A program made the position numbers and the translations under genes. Positions 51,995 to 62,095 of a DNA stretch of 64,000 nucleotides are shown here, piece after piece. Below the pieces are notes generated by a model that made no database searches, was not told where the DNA came from, and saw only the letters and a program-made list of their open reading frames with translations. This DNA is from an uncultured Bacteroidales bacterium. GTDB taxonomy: Bacteria; Bacteroidota; Bacteroidia; Bacteroidales; FEN-979. The stretch covers positions 3,723 through 67,722 of the forward strand of contig CAIRDP010000023.1 in assembly GCA_903877385.1 (NCBI GenBank), read 5' to 3'. Each line of letters opens with the position of its first letter. Positions within the stretch are counted from its first letter, which is position 1.

Positions 51995-53815
51995 CTAAAG
52001 TTTCAACTCATCCAGAACAGGATGGTCCAGGAACTGTATCAACTCCTGCTCAGGCTTCAGCTCTTCGATGATCACAATCTCATTCACCCCTTTTTTAAGC
52101 CATTGGGCAGGGACATATAAAGTCTGCTGGGGTCCTATGTTCCAGTACTTCCCAATGCTGCGCCCGTTGACCCATACATGCCCCTTCCCCCAATTGCTGA
52201 GATCAACATAAGTATCGCCAACATCATTCAATGTAAACACCCCCCTTCGGTAAACCGGTCCGCCTGCGGGTTTGGATGCAGAGAACTTCAGCCCGTCCAC
52301 GTTCTTCATAGGGAAGCCGTACATCTTCCATCCCCTGACATCCTTACCGTTAAGGCTCACCTTTTCGGTGATCCCCTGTTTATTGTCGTTGAGGAAATAA
52401 CCGTAATTGATCCTCCCGTTGTTTTCGACAAAGATCTCAAGCCTGGCGCTCTTAGCGGGGATGTCCAGTTCAAGCGAATCCTGTTTCAGGCGGCGGTCGA
52501 GAACGGCAACACGCTTGCCGTCAACATAAACCATGGCATAATCACGCATCTGGGAAATCTTAAGTATCCCCTTCACCGGTCCCCCAACATTGGTGCGGTA
52601 AAGAATATAACCATACCCCTGCCCGAAATCCTCGAAGCTCAGGGGAGCTGAAACAGCAATGGGCGAAGGCAGGTTGCTGAACAATGCCGAAGCCTGGCTA
52701 AGCCTGAACTCTTTTACGGCAATGGATTTCTTCTTTGCAGGAACAACGGGCAGTACAATATCTTTAGGAAGGTGTTTCATGATCACCTCCCTCATAGCCA
52801 TAAATTTCGGAGTTGCATTCCCTGCTTCGTCTATGGGAGCATCATAATCATAGCTTGAAGTCTGGGGCATATACGGCTCGGTCCGGCTCATATTGGCCCC
52901 GTTCCAGAACCAGCGGGTGGTCCCTCCATGGGCCATGTAAATATTGATCGAAAGCCCGGCATCCAATACCGAATCATAGGTACTGATGAAATCCCGGTAA
53001 GGTACCACCTGGTGTTTCAGGCCCCAGGAGTCAAACCAGGCAGGATACCATTCGGCTATGAAATACGGTCCGTGATTATCGTTGTATTTGTTGATCAGTT
53101 CCTTCACTTCCTTTACATTGTCAAGCCCGTTCACCGCGGGCAGTACACCGGGAAGGTATCCCGCAGGCATCTGGGAAGGACCGTCGCAGGTATAGAGGTC
53201 TACATCAAAGCCAGCTTCCCGGTAGATGTCCCTGTATTTTGCCAGGTACTCCTTGTCCTTGTCGTAGGAACCATATTCATTTTCTATCTGCACCATGATC
53301 ACCGGCCCCCCATGGGTAACCTGCAGGGGAACCAGCTGTTTGCCCAGGGCTGTGAAATATTTCCGGCTCATTTCCATGAAACGCGGGTCCCGGCTCCTTA
53401 CTTTCAGTCCCTTTTCCCTCAGCAGCCACCAGGGATAGCCCCCGAATTCCCATTCGGCGCAGGCATACGGACTGGGCCTGATGATCACCCAGAGGCCTTC
53501 CTGCTGCGCAAGCCTGCAGAATTCAGCCACATCGGCATTTTCCTTAAAATTGTATTTCCCCTTTTCAGTTTCGTGGTAATTCCAGAAGATATACGTCGCC
53601 ACGGTGTTCAGCCCCATGGCTTTGGCCATATGCAAACGGTCGCGCCAGCATTCCCGGGGTATCCTGGCAAAATGCATCTCCCCACTTATGATCTGGAAAG
53701 GTTTGCCGTCGAGAAGGAATTCGCCAGGGCCTATTTTAAACGTGTGGGACTGGGCGTTTACACCGCATGACAGCAGTGTGAGGGAAGCCAGAAGGTAAAA
53801 GATTTTTGTTTTCAT
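51995..53815 (-). CDS. Glycoside hydrolase family 35 beta-galactosidase
   Basis: ISGEMHFARIP, LNTVATYIFWNYHE, MVQIENEYG; signal peptide from MKTKIFYLL. Confidence 0.9.
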   Translation of the reverse strand: MKTKIFYLLASLTLLSCGVNAQSHTFKIGPGEFLLDGKPFQIISGEMHFARIPRECWRDRLHMAKAMGLNTVATYIFWNYHETEKGKYNFKENADVAEFCRLAQQEGLWVIIRPSPYACAEWEFGGYPWWLLREKGLKVRSRDPRFMEMSRKYFTALGKQLVPLQVTHGGPVIMVQIENEYGSYDKDKEYLAKYRDIYREAGFDVDLYTCDGPSQMPAGYLPGVLPAVNGLDNVKEVKELINKYNDNHGPYFIAEWYPAWFDSWGLKHQVVPYRDFISTYDSVLDAGLSINIYMAHGGTTRWFWNGANMSRTEPYMPQTSSYDYDAPIDEAGNATPKFMAMREVIMKHLPKDIVLPVVPAKKKSIAVKEFRLSQASALFSNLPSPIAVSAPLSFEDFGQGYGYILYRTNVGGPVKGILKISQMRDYAMVYVDGKRVAVLDRRLKQDSLELDIPAKSARLEIFVENNGRINYGYFLNDNKQGITEKVSLNGKDVRGWKMYGFPMKNVDGLKFSASKPAGGPVYRRGVFTLNDVGDTYVDLSNWGKGHVWVNGRSIGKYWNIGPQQTLYVPAQWLKKGVNEIVIIEELKPEQELIQFLDHPVLDELKL

Positions 53816-54017
53816 GATATTTCTTGTAATTCCATTGATGTCACTCACATTTTTATACCGCAGCTAAGGTTCACTCCGTTCAGCTTTTGCGGTTTGGTAA
53901 ATGCTTCGCTGATAATATTCATTCGAAATTCGTCATTTGACATTTGAAATTATTCGCAGCAATCTCTTATTTCATTTGTGTGCTTATTTCGGCTGCGCCG
54001 AACGAGTATTCATTCCT

Positions 54018-55202
54018 TCATTCCCCGGTAACAAGTATCAGAACCCTTTTCTTCAGATAGTATTTGAGGGTGAACAGCCTGAAAAGGACCAGGCCGGTGG
54101 CACAGTATATGGAGCAGCAGAGGAAGGCCGCTGAGATGCTGTACCTCTGCGAGATTATTCCCGCTATCATCATACCCAGCCCCATTCCAAGGTCCATTGC
54201 AATGAACAGGGTTGAGTTCGCTGCACCCCGGCGGTTCGACGGGACAATGTTATTGACCATGGCCTGGAAAGTAGGCCAAACCACCCCGTTGCCGAAACCT
54301 ATGATGAGAGCGGCCAGGTAAAATCCCCAGTTATTCTGAACCAGGGCAAGCAAAGGATACCCTATGATCAGCAGCGAAAGGCAGATGAAGATCACGAGCC
54401 TGGGGCCGTTGCGGTCGACCGCCTTCCCTGCCGAAAACCTTGAAGTAATGATACCCAGGGCAAAGACCAGGAAAAACCCCGAGGGGTTCTGTATCCCTAT
54501 TTCCTTGCCGTAAAGCGCAATAAATGAAAGCAGTCCTCCATACGAAAGCCCTATGATGAGCAGGTTTATCGAGGGGATAACAGTGCTTGCCTCGAAAAGG
54601 TTCTTCCATCGGAACTGCCGGTTCTGGGGAAGGGGTTCATACGCCGGGTACCTTATGAACCCGGCCATGACCATACTGATCAGGCTGATGACCGACCCCG
54701 CGATGAACATGGCATTATAGCCCGAATGCTGAAGGATGAACGTCCCAATGGGAGGTCCCAGAGCCATGCCGATGGTCGTTGAAACCCCGAACAATCCGAA
54801 GCCCTGCCCCCTTTTCTCAGCGGGTATAATATCCCCTGCAATCGTTGAATTGGAGGTGGTGGTAAGTCCCCAGGCAATTCCGTGGGCAAATCTTAAAAAT
54901 AAGATGATCATCACGGTGGATGCGAATATATAGACATTGAAGATAAGCCCGTAAACAAGCAATGAGGCGATAAAGATGGTTTTACGGCCGAAGTAATCCA
55001 GCCCGAAGCCGGTAAAAGGCCTCACCAGTATCGCCGCTATGGCGTATGCCGAAAGTACCAGTCCCACCACGCTGTGTGGGGCATGGAGTACGCCTGAGAC
55101 ATAGATGGGCAAGGTGGATATCAGTGAATAATAAGCAGAGCACATTAAAAAATTAGAGAAGGTCAGCAGGGTGAAGTTCCTGTTCCAAAGCGTGCTTTTC
55201 AT
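54018..55202 (-). CDS. MFS transporter
   Basis: 394 aa, 12 predicted TM helices, GFGLDYFGRK loop motif. Confidence 0.85.
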   Translation of the reverse strand: MKSTLWNRNFTLLTFSNFLMCSAYYSLISTLPIYVSGVLHAPHSVVGLVLSAYAIAAILVRPFTGFGLDYFGRKTIFIASLLVYGLIFNVYIFASTVMIILFLRFAHGIAWGLTTTSNSTIAGDIIPAEKRGQGFGLFGVSTTIGMALGPPIGTFILQHSGYNAMFIAGSVISLISMVMAGFIRYPAYEPLPQNRQFRWKNLFEASTVIPSINLLIIGLSYGGLLSFIALYGKEIGIQNPSGFFLVFALGIITSRFSAGKAVDRNGPRLVIFICLSLLIIGYPLLALVQNNWGFYLAALIIGFGNGVVWPTFQAMVNNIVPSNRRGAANSTLFIAMDLGMGLGMMIAGIISQRYSISAAFLCCSIYCATGLVLFRLFTLKYYLKKRVLILVTGE

Positions 55203-55274
55203 TGCAGGGAAATTAAAACGAAACGGCCGGGCGGCAGCCGGCGGCAGCTAGCCGCGATGCAAAAGTAGTAAAAA

Positions 55275-55373
55275 GATGCGGGATGGGCGCTTCGCGCCGA
55301 TAAGTGATGATGGCGCTTCGCGCCGATAAGAGCGCTTCGCGCCGATGCGGGATGGGCAACGCAAAGCGTTGCC
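55275..55373. repeat. Largest REP-like cluster: three GCGCTTCGCGCC palindromes flanked by GATGCGGGATG words, plus GGCAACGC-aaa-GCGTTGCC hairpin
   Basis: Read directly in the MFS / GH2 divergent intergenic region. Confidence 0.8.
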
Positions 55374-55452
55374 GATACTGGGTACAGTAATTCGTTATTA
55401 TAATTTGCCTGTAAATCCTTATTTTTGAATGTTAAATTTTTATTCCCTGATC

Positions 55453-57906
55453 ATGAAAAAACCTGTACTTCTTCTCAGCATCATCCTTTGCCTGTTCTCA
55501 GTTTCGGTCACTGCCGGCGGCCCCCGCGAAAAACTCCTGATGGACCGCGGGTGGAAATTCCACCTGGGCAGTTCATCCTCTGTTGAAAAGGATTTCGGCT
55601 ACGGGGCATCTGCCCTCTTTGCCAAAGCCGGTGAAGCCTATGGGCCGGTAGCTCCCTCTTTCAGCGATTCCTCGTGGAGGTCGCTCGACCTCCCCCACGA
55701 CTGGATGGTGGAGCAGGATTTCGTGAAAAGCGATAATGAAGATGTGCTGAGCCATGGATTCAAACCGGCCGGGCGCATCTACCCCGAAACCACCATAGGA
55801 TGGTACCGCAGGGCATTCACACTGTCCGAGGCCGACAGGGGAAAAAGGATAATGATACGTTTCGACGGGGTCTTCCGCGATTCCAAGGTATGGCTCAACG
55901 GGCATTATATGGGATGCAACATGAGCGGGTATTCCGAATTCAGCTTCGATGTCACCGACTACATCTGGTTCGGGAAAAAGAATGTTCTGGTAGTGAGAGC
56001 CGATGCCTCCCAGTACGAGGGCTGGTTTTATGAAGGTGCAGGCATTTACAGGCACGTTTGGATGGAGAAATACGATCCCCTGCACATCAGCCCTTACGGG
56101 GTGTATGTAACAGCCACAGTACACGGAAACAGGGCGCTTATTGAAGTCAGCTGCGAAGTCATCAACCAGGGCGATGAGAAAAAAGGATTTGTCCTGGAGT
56201 CCAGGATACTCGATCCCGACGGGAAACAGTCTGCCTTCGCCTTTTCAGGAGCACTCCCTGCCACTCCCCTGCAAACGATAACCTCCGTTTCGGAAATGAG
56301 TGTATCAGGTCCCCAGCTCTGGTCCCTCGAATCGCCCAGGCTTTACACCCTGGTCTCGCTGGTGAAAGTCAACGGCAAAGTGGTCGACAGCGTATCAACT
56401 CCGTTTGGGATCCGAACCCTGGAATTCGATGTGAACAAGGGCTTTTTCCTCAACGGGAAAAGGGTCGAGCTCTTGGGCGTATGCTGTCACCAGGACCATG
56501 CCGGCGTAGGATCAGCGCTTCCCGACAGGCTGCAGTATTACCGCATCGAAAAGCTTAAGGAAATGGGTTGCAACGCCTACCGCACCAGCCATAACCCTCC
56601 CACCCGCGAGCTGCTCGACGCCTGCGACAGGCTGGGGATGCTGGTATTCGACGAGACCAGGCTGATGGGCAGTTCCCCCGAATACATGGGGCAGTTCGAG
56701 AAACTGGTTTTAAGGGACCGCAACCATCCCTGCGTTATCATCTGGTCCATTGGCAACGAGGAATGGGTCGTACAGGGGAATGAAACCGGGCATAATATTG
56801 CGAAATCACTCATCGCCAGGCTGAAACAGCTCGATACAACCAGGCTTTATTCCTATGCCGGTAACAACGGCAATGAATACAAGGGGGTGAACGAGCTTGT
56901 TCCCATACGCGGGTTCAATTATATGAACAACCATGCCGATATCGACAGCTACCATAAGGATCATCCTAAGCAAATCCTGATGGGCAGCGAGGAAGCCAGC
57001 ACTTTATGCACCCGGGGAATTTACAAAAAGGATACTGTTAAAGGGTATGTTCCCGATTACGATGTAACCAGGCCTTACTGGGGCGCACTGGCCGAGACCT
57101 GGTGGAAATTTTACGCTGCAAGACCATACCTGCTCGGGGCTTTCGTGTGGACAGGCTTCGATTACCGGGGCGAACCCACGCCTTACGGATGGCCTTGCAT
57201 CAGTTCCCATTTCGGTATCATGGATGTATGCGGGTTCCCGAAGAATAACTATTATTATTATAAAAGCTGGTGGACTGCGGATGATGTGCTCCATATATAC
57301 CCCCACTGGAACTGGAAAGGGCATGAAGGCGACACTATAAGCGTATGGTGCAATTCAAACTGTGAAAGTGTTGAACTTTTACTGAACGGGAAGAGCCTGG
57401 GAATAAAAACCATGCCTCTGAATTCACATTTAGAATGGAAAGTGGCCTATAAACCCGGAACTCTTGAAGCCCGGGGGATGAAGGTCGTGAGGAAAAGCGT
57501 GAAGAAGATCGTAACGAAGATCGAGACAACCGGTGAACCCCTGACGATAGTCCTGAGTCCCGACCGCTCTGCCATCAATGCCGACGGCGAAGATGTGAGC
57601 GTGGTCAACGTGAGTGTGCTTGACGAAAAAGGCCGGGAGGTTCCCGATGCGATGAATCTGATCAGGTTTGAACTGAAAGGCGAAGGCCGCATCATAGGTG
57701 TGGGTAACGGGGATCCAAGCAGCCACGAAGCCGACAAATGCGCAGCCGGGAGCTGGCAGAGGCGTTTGTTCAACGGGAAGTGCCAGTTGATCGTTCAGTC
57801 GCCGCGCAGCCAGGGAAGCATGGAAGTGGTGGCCTCGTCGGATAACATGAAACCTGCAATGGTAATAATCGCGGTGGAAGGCGGGAAGGTGAGGGAAGAA
57901 CTGTAA
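55453..57906 (+). CDS. Glycoside hydrolase family 2 protein
   Basis: LPHDW, GVFRDSKVWLNG, RTSHNPP, NHPCVIIWSIGNEE; signal peptide from MKKPVLLLSI. Confidence 0.9.
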   Translation: MKKPVLLLSIILCLFSVSVTAGGPREKLLMDRGWKFHLGSSSSVEKDFGYGASALFAKAGEAYGPVAPSFSDSSWRSLDLPHDWMVEQDFVKSDNEDVLSHGFKPAGRIYPETTIGWYRRAFTLSEADRGKRIMIRFDGVFRDSKVWLNGHYMGCNMSGYSEFSFDVTDYIWFGKKNVLVVRADASQYEGWFYEGAGIYRHVWMEKYDPLHISPYGVYVTATVHGNRALIEVSCEVINQGDEKKGFVLESRILDPDGKQSAFAFSGALPATPLQTITSVSEMSVSGPQLWSLESPRLYTLVSLVKVNGKVVDSVSTPFGIRTLEFDVNKGFFLNGKRVELLGVCCHQDHAGVGSALPDRLQYYRIEKLKEMGCNAYRTSHNPPTRELLDACDRLGMLVFDETRLMGSSPEYMGQFEKLVLRDRNHPCVIIWSIGNEEWVVQGNETGHNIAKSLIARLKQLDTTRLYSYAGNNGNEYKGVNELVPIRGFNYMNNHADIDSYHKDHPKQILMGSEEASTLCTRGIYKKDTVKGYVPDYDVTRPYWGALAETWWKFYAARPYLLGAFVWTGFDYRGEPTPYGWPCISSHFGIMDVCGFPKNNYYYYKSWWTADDVLHIYPHWNWKGHEGDTISVWCNSNCESVELLLNGKSLGIKTMPLNSHLEWKVAYKPGTLEARGMKVVRKSVKKIVTKIETTGEPLTIVLSPDRSAINADGEDVSVVNVSVLDEKGREVPDAMNLIRFELKGEGRIIGVGNGDPSSHEADKCAAGSWQRRLFNGKCQLIVQSPRSQGSMEVVASSDNMKPAMVIIAVEGGKVREEL

Positions 57907-57908
57907 AA

Positions 57909-57945
57909 AATGTACCCAGTACCCAGTACCAAGCACCAAGTACCA
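57909..57945. repeat. GTACC-word tandem repeat (TGTACCCAGTACCCAGTACCAAGCACCAAGTACCAA)
   Basis: Degenerate ~8-nt period, between GH2 and mscL. Confidence 0.6.
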
Positions 57946-57966
57946 AAAACAAAAAACCAAGACAAT

Positions 57967-58389
57967 ATGAGCATGATGAAAGAATTCAAGGATTTTGCAA
58001 TGAAGGGCAATGTGATCGACCTGGCGGTAGGTATTATAATCGGGGCCGCATTCGGGAAAATAGTTTCTTCGGTCGTAAACGATGTGATCATGCCCCCCAT
58101 AGGGCTGCTGGTAGGAGGCATCACCTTCACCGACATCAAGATCATCATGAAAGACGCTGTAAGCGATCCCGCTACAGGGAAAGTGATCAAGGAAGCCGTG
58201 ACATTAAAAATAGGGAACTTCATCCAGACCCTGGTTGATTTCACCATTATCGCTTTCTCGGTATTCATGCTGGTTAAGGGCCTCAACCGACTCAGCAGGA
58301 AAAAAGAAGGAGAAGCAGCGCCTCCGCCGCCGGCTGTGACAAAAGACCAGGAATTGCTGACCGAAATACGGGACCTGCTTAAGAAATGA
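57967..58389 (+). CDS. mscL: Large-conductance mechanosensitive channel
   Basis: [43 protein letters not shown] is the canonical MscL N-terminus. Confidence 0.9.
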   Translation: MSMMKEFKDFAMKGNVIDLAVGIIIGAAFGKIVSSVVNDVIMPPIGLLVGGITFTDIKIIMKDAVSDPATGKVIKEAVTLKIGNFIQTLVDFTIIAFSVFMLVKGLNRLSRKKEGEAAPPPPAVTKDQELLTEIRDLLKK

Positions 58390-59103
58390 TCAGAATTTGC
58401 CCAGCCTGAAACTCAGTTTCGCATTGAACTGGTTCAGTTCATTTGACGAAACTCCCTGCAGGCTGAAGTTGGGGCTGTAACGGTAGCTTATGGTTATTCC
58501 CATCCTGAACATCCTTACCAGGTTGAATTCGGCCCTGACCCCCGGCTCTATAATAAAGCAGTAGGTATCGGCTATGCTCTGGTTATGATGGTCCTCATCC
58601 CAGTTTGGGTTGTTTGGGTTGTTCGACTGGCTGTAATGCCCCGGGTTTCTGAAGCACATATACCCAAGGTCGATCATCAGGGGAAAAGAAATATGAACCA
58701 CCGAATTCGGCAAAAGGGTATATTCAAGCAATAGTCCGCCATAGCCCCCGTGCATATAAGCTCCTTTTTTAGGCCGTCCTACCGTGTCGGAATAGATACT
58801 GTCGTAATGAAGTCCTTTGGGATTGCCCAGCATGCTTCCGCTCATACCGATGGTCCAGTGGTGGTTGAGGATTATCCCTGCGCTGATGCCCGGCAGGAAA
58901 ACGCTGTTTGATCCAAACATGGTATAGGCGGCATTGATTTCGAAAAAATAGCCCAGGGGTATCTTTGCCTTGTTTTTACCGATACTGAAAACCGTTTTGA
59001 ATTCAGTTTGATCGCTTTTGCTTTTAGGCTGTGACAGATCGGATTGTGCATAAACCGGGACAAGAAGTAGAATGCAGTAAATGGAGGTGAGGATCTTTTT
59101 CAT
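58390..59103 (-). CDS. Hypothetical secreted / outer-membrane beta-barrel-like protein
   Basis: Signal peptide MKKILTSIYCILLLVPVYAQ, alternating aromatic/Gly-rich strands, C-terminal ...SFRLGKF. Confidence 0.55.
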   Translation of the reverse strand: MKKILTSIYCILLLVPVYAQSDLSQPKSKSDQTEFKTVFSIGKNKAKIPLGYFFEINAAYTMFGSNSVFLPGISAGIILNHHWTIGMSGSMLGNPKGLHYDSIYSDTVGRPKKGAYMHGGYGGLLLEYTLLPNSVVHISFPLMIDLGYMCFRNPGHYSQSNNPNNPNWDEDHHNQSIADTYCFIIEPGVRAEFNLVRMFRMGITISYRYSPNFSLQGVSSNELNQFNAKLSFRLGKF

Positions 59104-59403
59104 AATGATGCGTTTAAAAACCAGGGGCTTCCGAATGAGCACACAAGATACGAAATATTTCATTAAAAAGGCTGTCATCCTGCTACAGTGACAGCCTTTT
59201 ATTTAACCGCCTCGTGGGCGGGTCTGCGCCTCTTGTTCCCCCCGCTGATCCGTGGGTGGTGGACCATGCCGGGAGGAAAAAGATTCTGATATGATTTTAT
59301 GACAGGGCAGGTTTTATGAGGTTGCCTCAGGATAAGAAAAAAAATTTGGCCAAGCAACCCCGGCAGTAAAATCATATCTTTATAATCAGACAAAAAAGCA
59401 AAC

Positions 59404-61941
59404 ATGAAAAAATCTTCACTCCTTTTATTCATTGTCCTGGCGTTCCAGGCAAGCAGTATTGCACAGGTACCGGCTGCCTGGTACAGCCGGGGAATAGGCG
59501 GGGGAGGCGCATTATATTCGCCCTCCATCAATCCTTCAAACCACAACGAGATCTATCTTGGCTGCGACATGGGCGGACTCTATCATTCCACCGACCTGGG
59601 TTACAGCTGGAAAGAGGTAAATTTCCTGCAGCTCCAGGGAGGGCATGATGCCTGCGTACAGTTCACAAACAATCCCCAGGTATTATACTGTATGGATTAT
59701 ACTTCCATCCAGGGTTCCGATTACATAAGGCCCATGAAAAGCACCGACGGAGGCAATACCTGGAGTGTGATCAGCGGGGATCCTTATCCCCTGGCGCCCA
59801 ACGGGAGTATTTTAAGGCTGCTGGCCGATTATGACGATCCGAATCTCGTGATGATAGCCGATTACGGTACCATTTATTTCTCGGAGGATGGAGGAGCGTC
59901 GTTTCACCAGGTTCACACCTGCCTTGACAACGGTTCGGGTAACCATATCGCAGGTATTTTCTTCGACAGTCCGAACATTTACATAGGGACCAACGACGGG
60001 TTGCTGGTCTCAACCAATAGCGGGGTAAGCTTCAGTACGATGAGCATTACTGGCATCCCCTCCACTGAATACATGCTATCCTTTGCAGGCGCCAAACAAG
60101 GCGGGACGCTTCGGTTCTTCTGCCTTACCGCGGCTGCGGTCTGGTCAGGGTACCAGTACGGAAGCGATTACTGGAATGCCATGAAGGGAGTATATCAGAT
60201 GGACAATGCAGGCGGGAGTTGGGTGTCGAAGATCAGCGGCATTACCCTGGGCAGTGATTTCCCTGTTTTTGTAGGGATGTCGGCGGATGACATTACCACG
60301 GCTTACCTGAGCGGGGGAAGTTCGGCCGGGGCGCCCATAGTGATGAAATCGGTGAACGGCTCTAACTGGACCCATGTTTTCCTCACGAACAACAACCAGG
60401 ATATTTATACAGGCTGGGCAGGTTACGGAGGTGACCACGGATGGAGTTTCCCCGAAGCCCCGTTTGGGTTCGCTGTTGCGCAGAACGACGCGAATACCGT
60501 GATGCTCAGCGATTATTCCTGTGCCCATATCACTACCGACGGAGGTACTTCCTGGCACCAGCAATATCTCAGCCATGATGATGAAAACCCTAAGAACAAC
60601 CCCACTCCCGCCGGGAAGAAATATCACGGCATAGGCCTTGAGAACACCTCCTGCTGGCAGATACTTTGGAACGACAGCCTGCATCTTTTGGCAGGATATT
60701 CAGATATCAACGGGATAATGAGCGACGATAAGGGAGAAAGCTGGAAATTCATCCCCAATCTCACCCAGAATACTGTTTACAGGATAGTAAAGCAAACCAA
60801 CGGGAATATTTATGCCTGCACATCCAATATACATGATATGTTCCAGAGCACAAGGATATATGATGCGCAGATCGACGCCGGTACCGGTGCGGTGTATGTT
60901 TCGACCGATAACGGGACCAGCTTTGCACTTCTGCACAATTTCGGGCATCCCGTGGTTTGGATAGCCCTTGACCCTTCGGATCCCGGGAAGATGTATGCCA
61001 GCGTACTTCATCACAACAGCCAGTCAACCGGCGGTATATGGGTGACTACGAACCTGGGCGCGGGAGCCGCTTCAACCTGGAGCAAGATGCCTGCCCCACC
61101 AAGGAGCAACGGCCACCCCTTTGCCATCAATGTACTGGGCAACGGGGACCTCGTTTGCAGTTTTTCGGCCAGGAAACCTTTGGGCAGCACCCCGTTCACC
61201 GACAGTTCAGGGGTATATTATTATAACAAGGCCGCTTCGGCCTGGTACGACCGTTCCGATGCCAATATGCGCTTCTGGACGCAGGATGTGGTGGTTGATC
61301 CCAACGATGCCGGCGGGAACACATGGTATGCCGGTGTTTTCGAGGGATGGGGAACATCGGGGATACAGGGCACGGGAGGTTTGTTCAGGACCACAAACCA
61401 GGGCCAGAGCTGGACCAGGATCAACGATAATTTCAGGGTGAATTCCTGTACCCTGAAACCAGGCAGTCCCAACGAAATGTATTTCACCACCGAAACCGAC
61501 GGCTTATGGCACAGCAGCGATGCCTCGTCAGGCAGTCCGCAGTTCACCCAGGTAAGCAATTATCCCTTCAGGCATCCCATGCGGGTTTTCTTTAATCCCT
61601 TTAACCTGCAGGAAACATGGGTAACATCCTTCGGGAGCGGCATCATGCTGGGAGGCGATTCCTCTTCGGGTATTGAAAGCCTTCAGGCGTCAGATGCCGG
61701 GTTCGGGCTTTACCCGAATCCCTGCAATGAATCGGTAACTCTTAAGCTCACCAACGCTCCGCCATCCGCAGTCATAAATTACATTATACGTGATATCACC
61801 GGGAGGATGATACTGGGCGGCAGGCTGGAAGGGAGCAGGGAGGCCACTGTAAGCACTGTTTCCCTGTCGGGAGGGATTTATATCTTGGAAGTTATCTCTG
61901 ATGGGAAGTCAGTGGGAAACCGGAAGCTGGTGAAATACTAA
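59404..61941 (+). CDS. BNR/Asp-box repeat (sortilin/GH74-like beta-propeller) protein with T9SS C-terminal sorting domain
   Basis: Asp-boxes STDGGNTW, SEDGGASF, STNSGVSF, TTDGGTSW, SDDKGESW, STDNGTSF, TTNQGQSW. C-terminus LYPNPCNESVTLKL...GIYILEV. Confidence 0.8.
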   Translation: MKKSSLLLFIVLAFQASSIAQVPAAWYSRGIGGGGALYSPSINPSNHNEIYLGCDMGGLYHSTDLGYSWKEVNFLQLQGGHDACVQFTNNPQVLYCMDYTSIQGSDYIRPMKSTDGGNTWSVISGDPYPLAPNGSILRLLADYDDPNLVMIADYGTIYFSEDGGASFHQVHTCLDNGSGNHIAGIFFDSPNIYIGTNDGLLVSTNSGVSFSTMSITGIPSTEYMLSFAGAKQGGTLRFFCLTAAAVWSGYQYGSDYWNAMKGVYQMDNAGGSWVSKISGITLGSDFPVFVGMSADDITTAYLSGGSSAGAPIVMKSVNGSNWTHVFLTNNNQDIYTGWAGYGGDHGWSFPEAPFGFAVAQNDANTVMLSDYSCAHITTDGGTSWHQQYLSHDDENPKNNPTPAGKKYHGIGLENTSCWQILWNDSLHLLAGYSDINGIMSDDKGESWKFIPNLTQNTVYRIVKQTNGNIYACTSNIHDMFQSTRIYDAQIDAGTGAVYVSTDNGTSFALLHNFGHPVVWIALDPSDPGKMYASVLHHNSQSTGGIWVTTNLGAGAASTWSKMPAPPRSNGHPFAINVLGNGDLVCSFSARKPLGSTPFTDSSGVYYYNKAASAWYDRSDANMRFWTQDVVVDPNDAGGNTWYAGVFEGWGTSGIQGTGGLFRTTNQGQSWTRINDNFRVNSCTLKPGSPNEMYFTTETDGLWHSSDASSGSPQFTQVSNYPFRHPMRVFFNPFNLQETWVTSFGSGIMLGGDSSSGIESLQASDAGFGLYPNPCNESVTLKLTNAPPSAVINYIIRDITGRMILGGRLEGSREATVSTVSLSGGIYILEVISDGKSVGNRKLVKY

Positions 61942-62095
61942 TCATTCTTCATTTTTCTTTAACTTCGCGGCAGCAATAATTAGAATTTCCCGGCGTTTAT
62001 CACCTTTATCTCAGGAGATATACCGGGCTTTGCAGAAGATGCTGAAACTATACCCTGCTTTCACGAAAACGTCTGCCGAAAGGAGTCACTATGAA

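Noticed and set aside
52178-53798. Plus-strand ORFs of 157, 280 and 64 aa antisense to the GH35 gene. Similar antisense ORFs occur opposite GH2 (55573..56124, 57430..57960), the RelA/SpoT gene, the carboxylase genes and the BNR gene.
   Set aside because: This is typical stop-poor antisense reading in GC-richer coding DNA, and the sense strands carry unambiguous family motifs.
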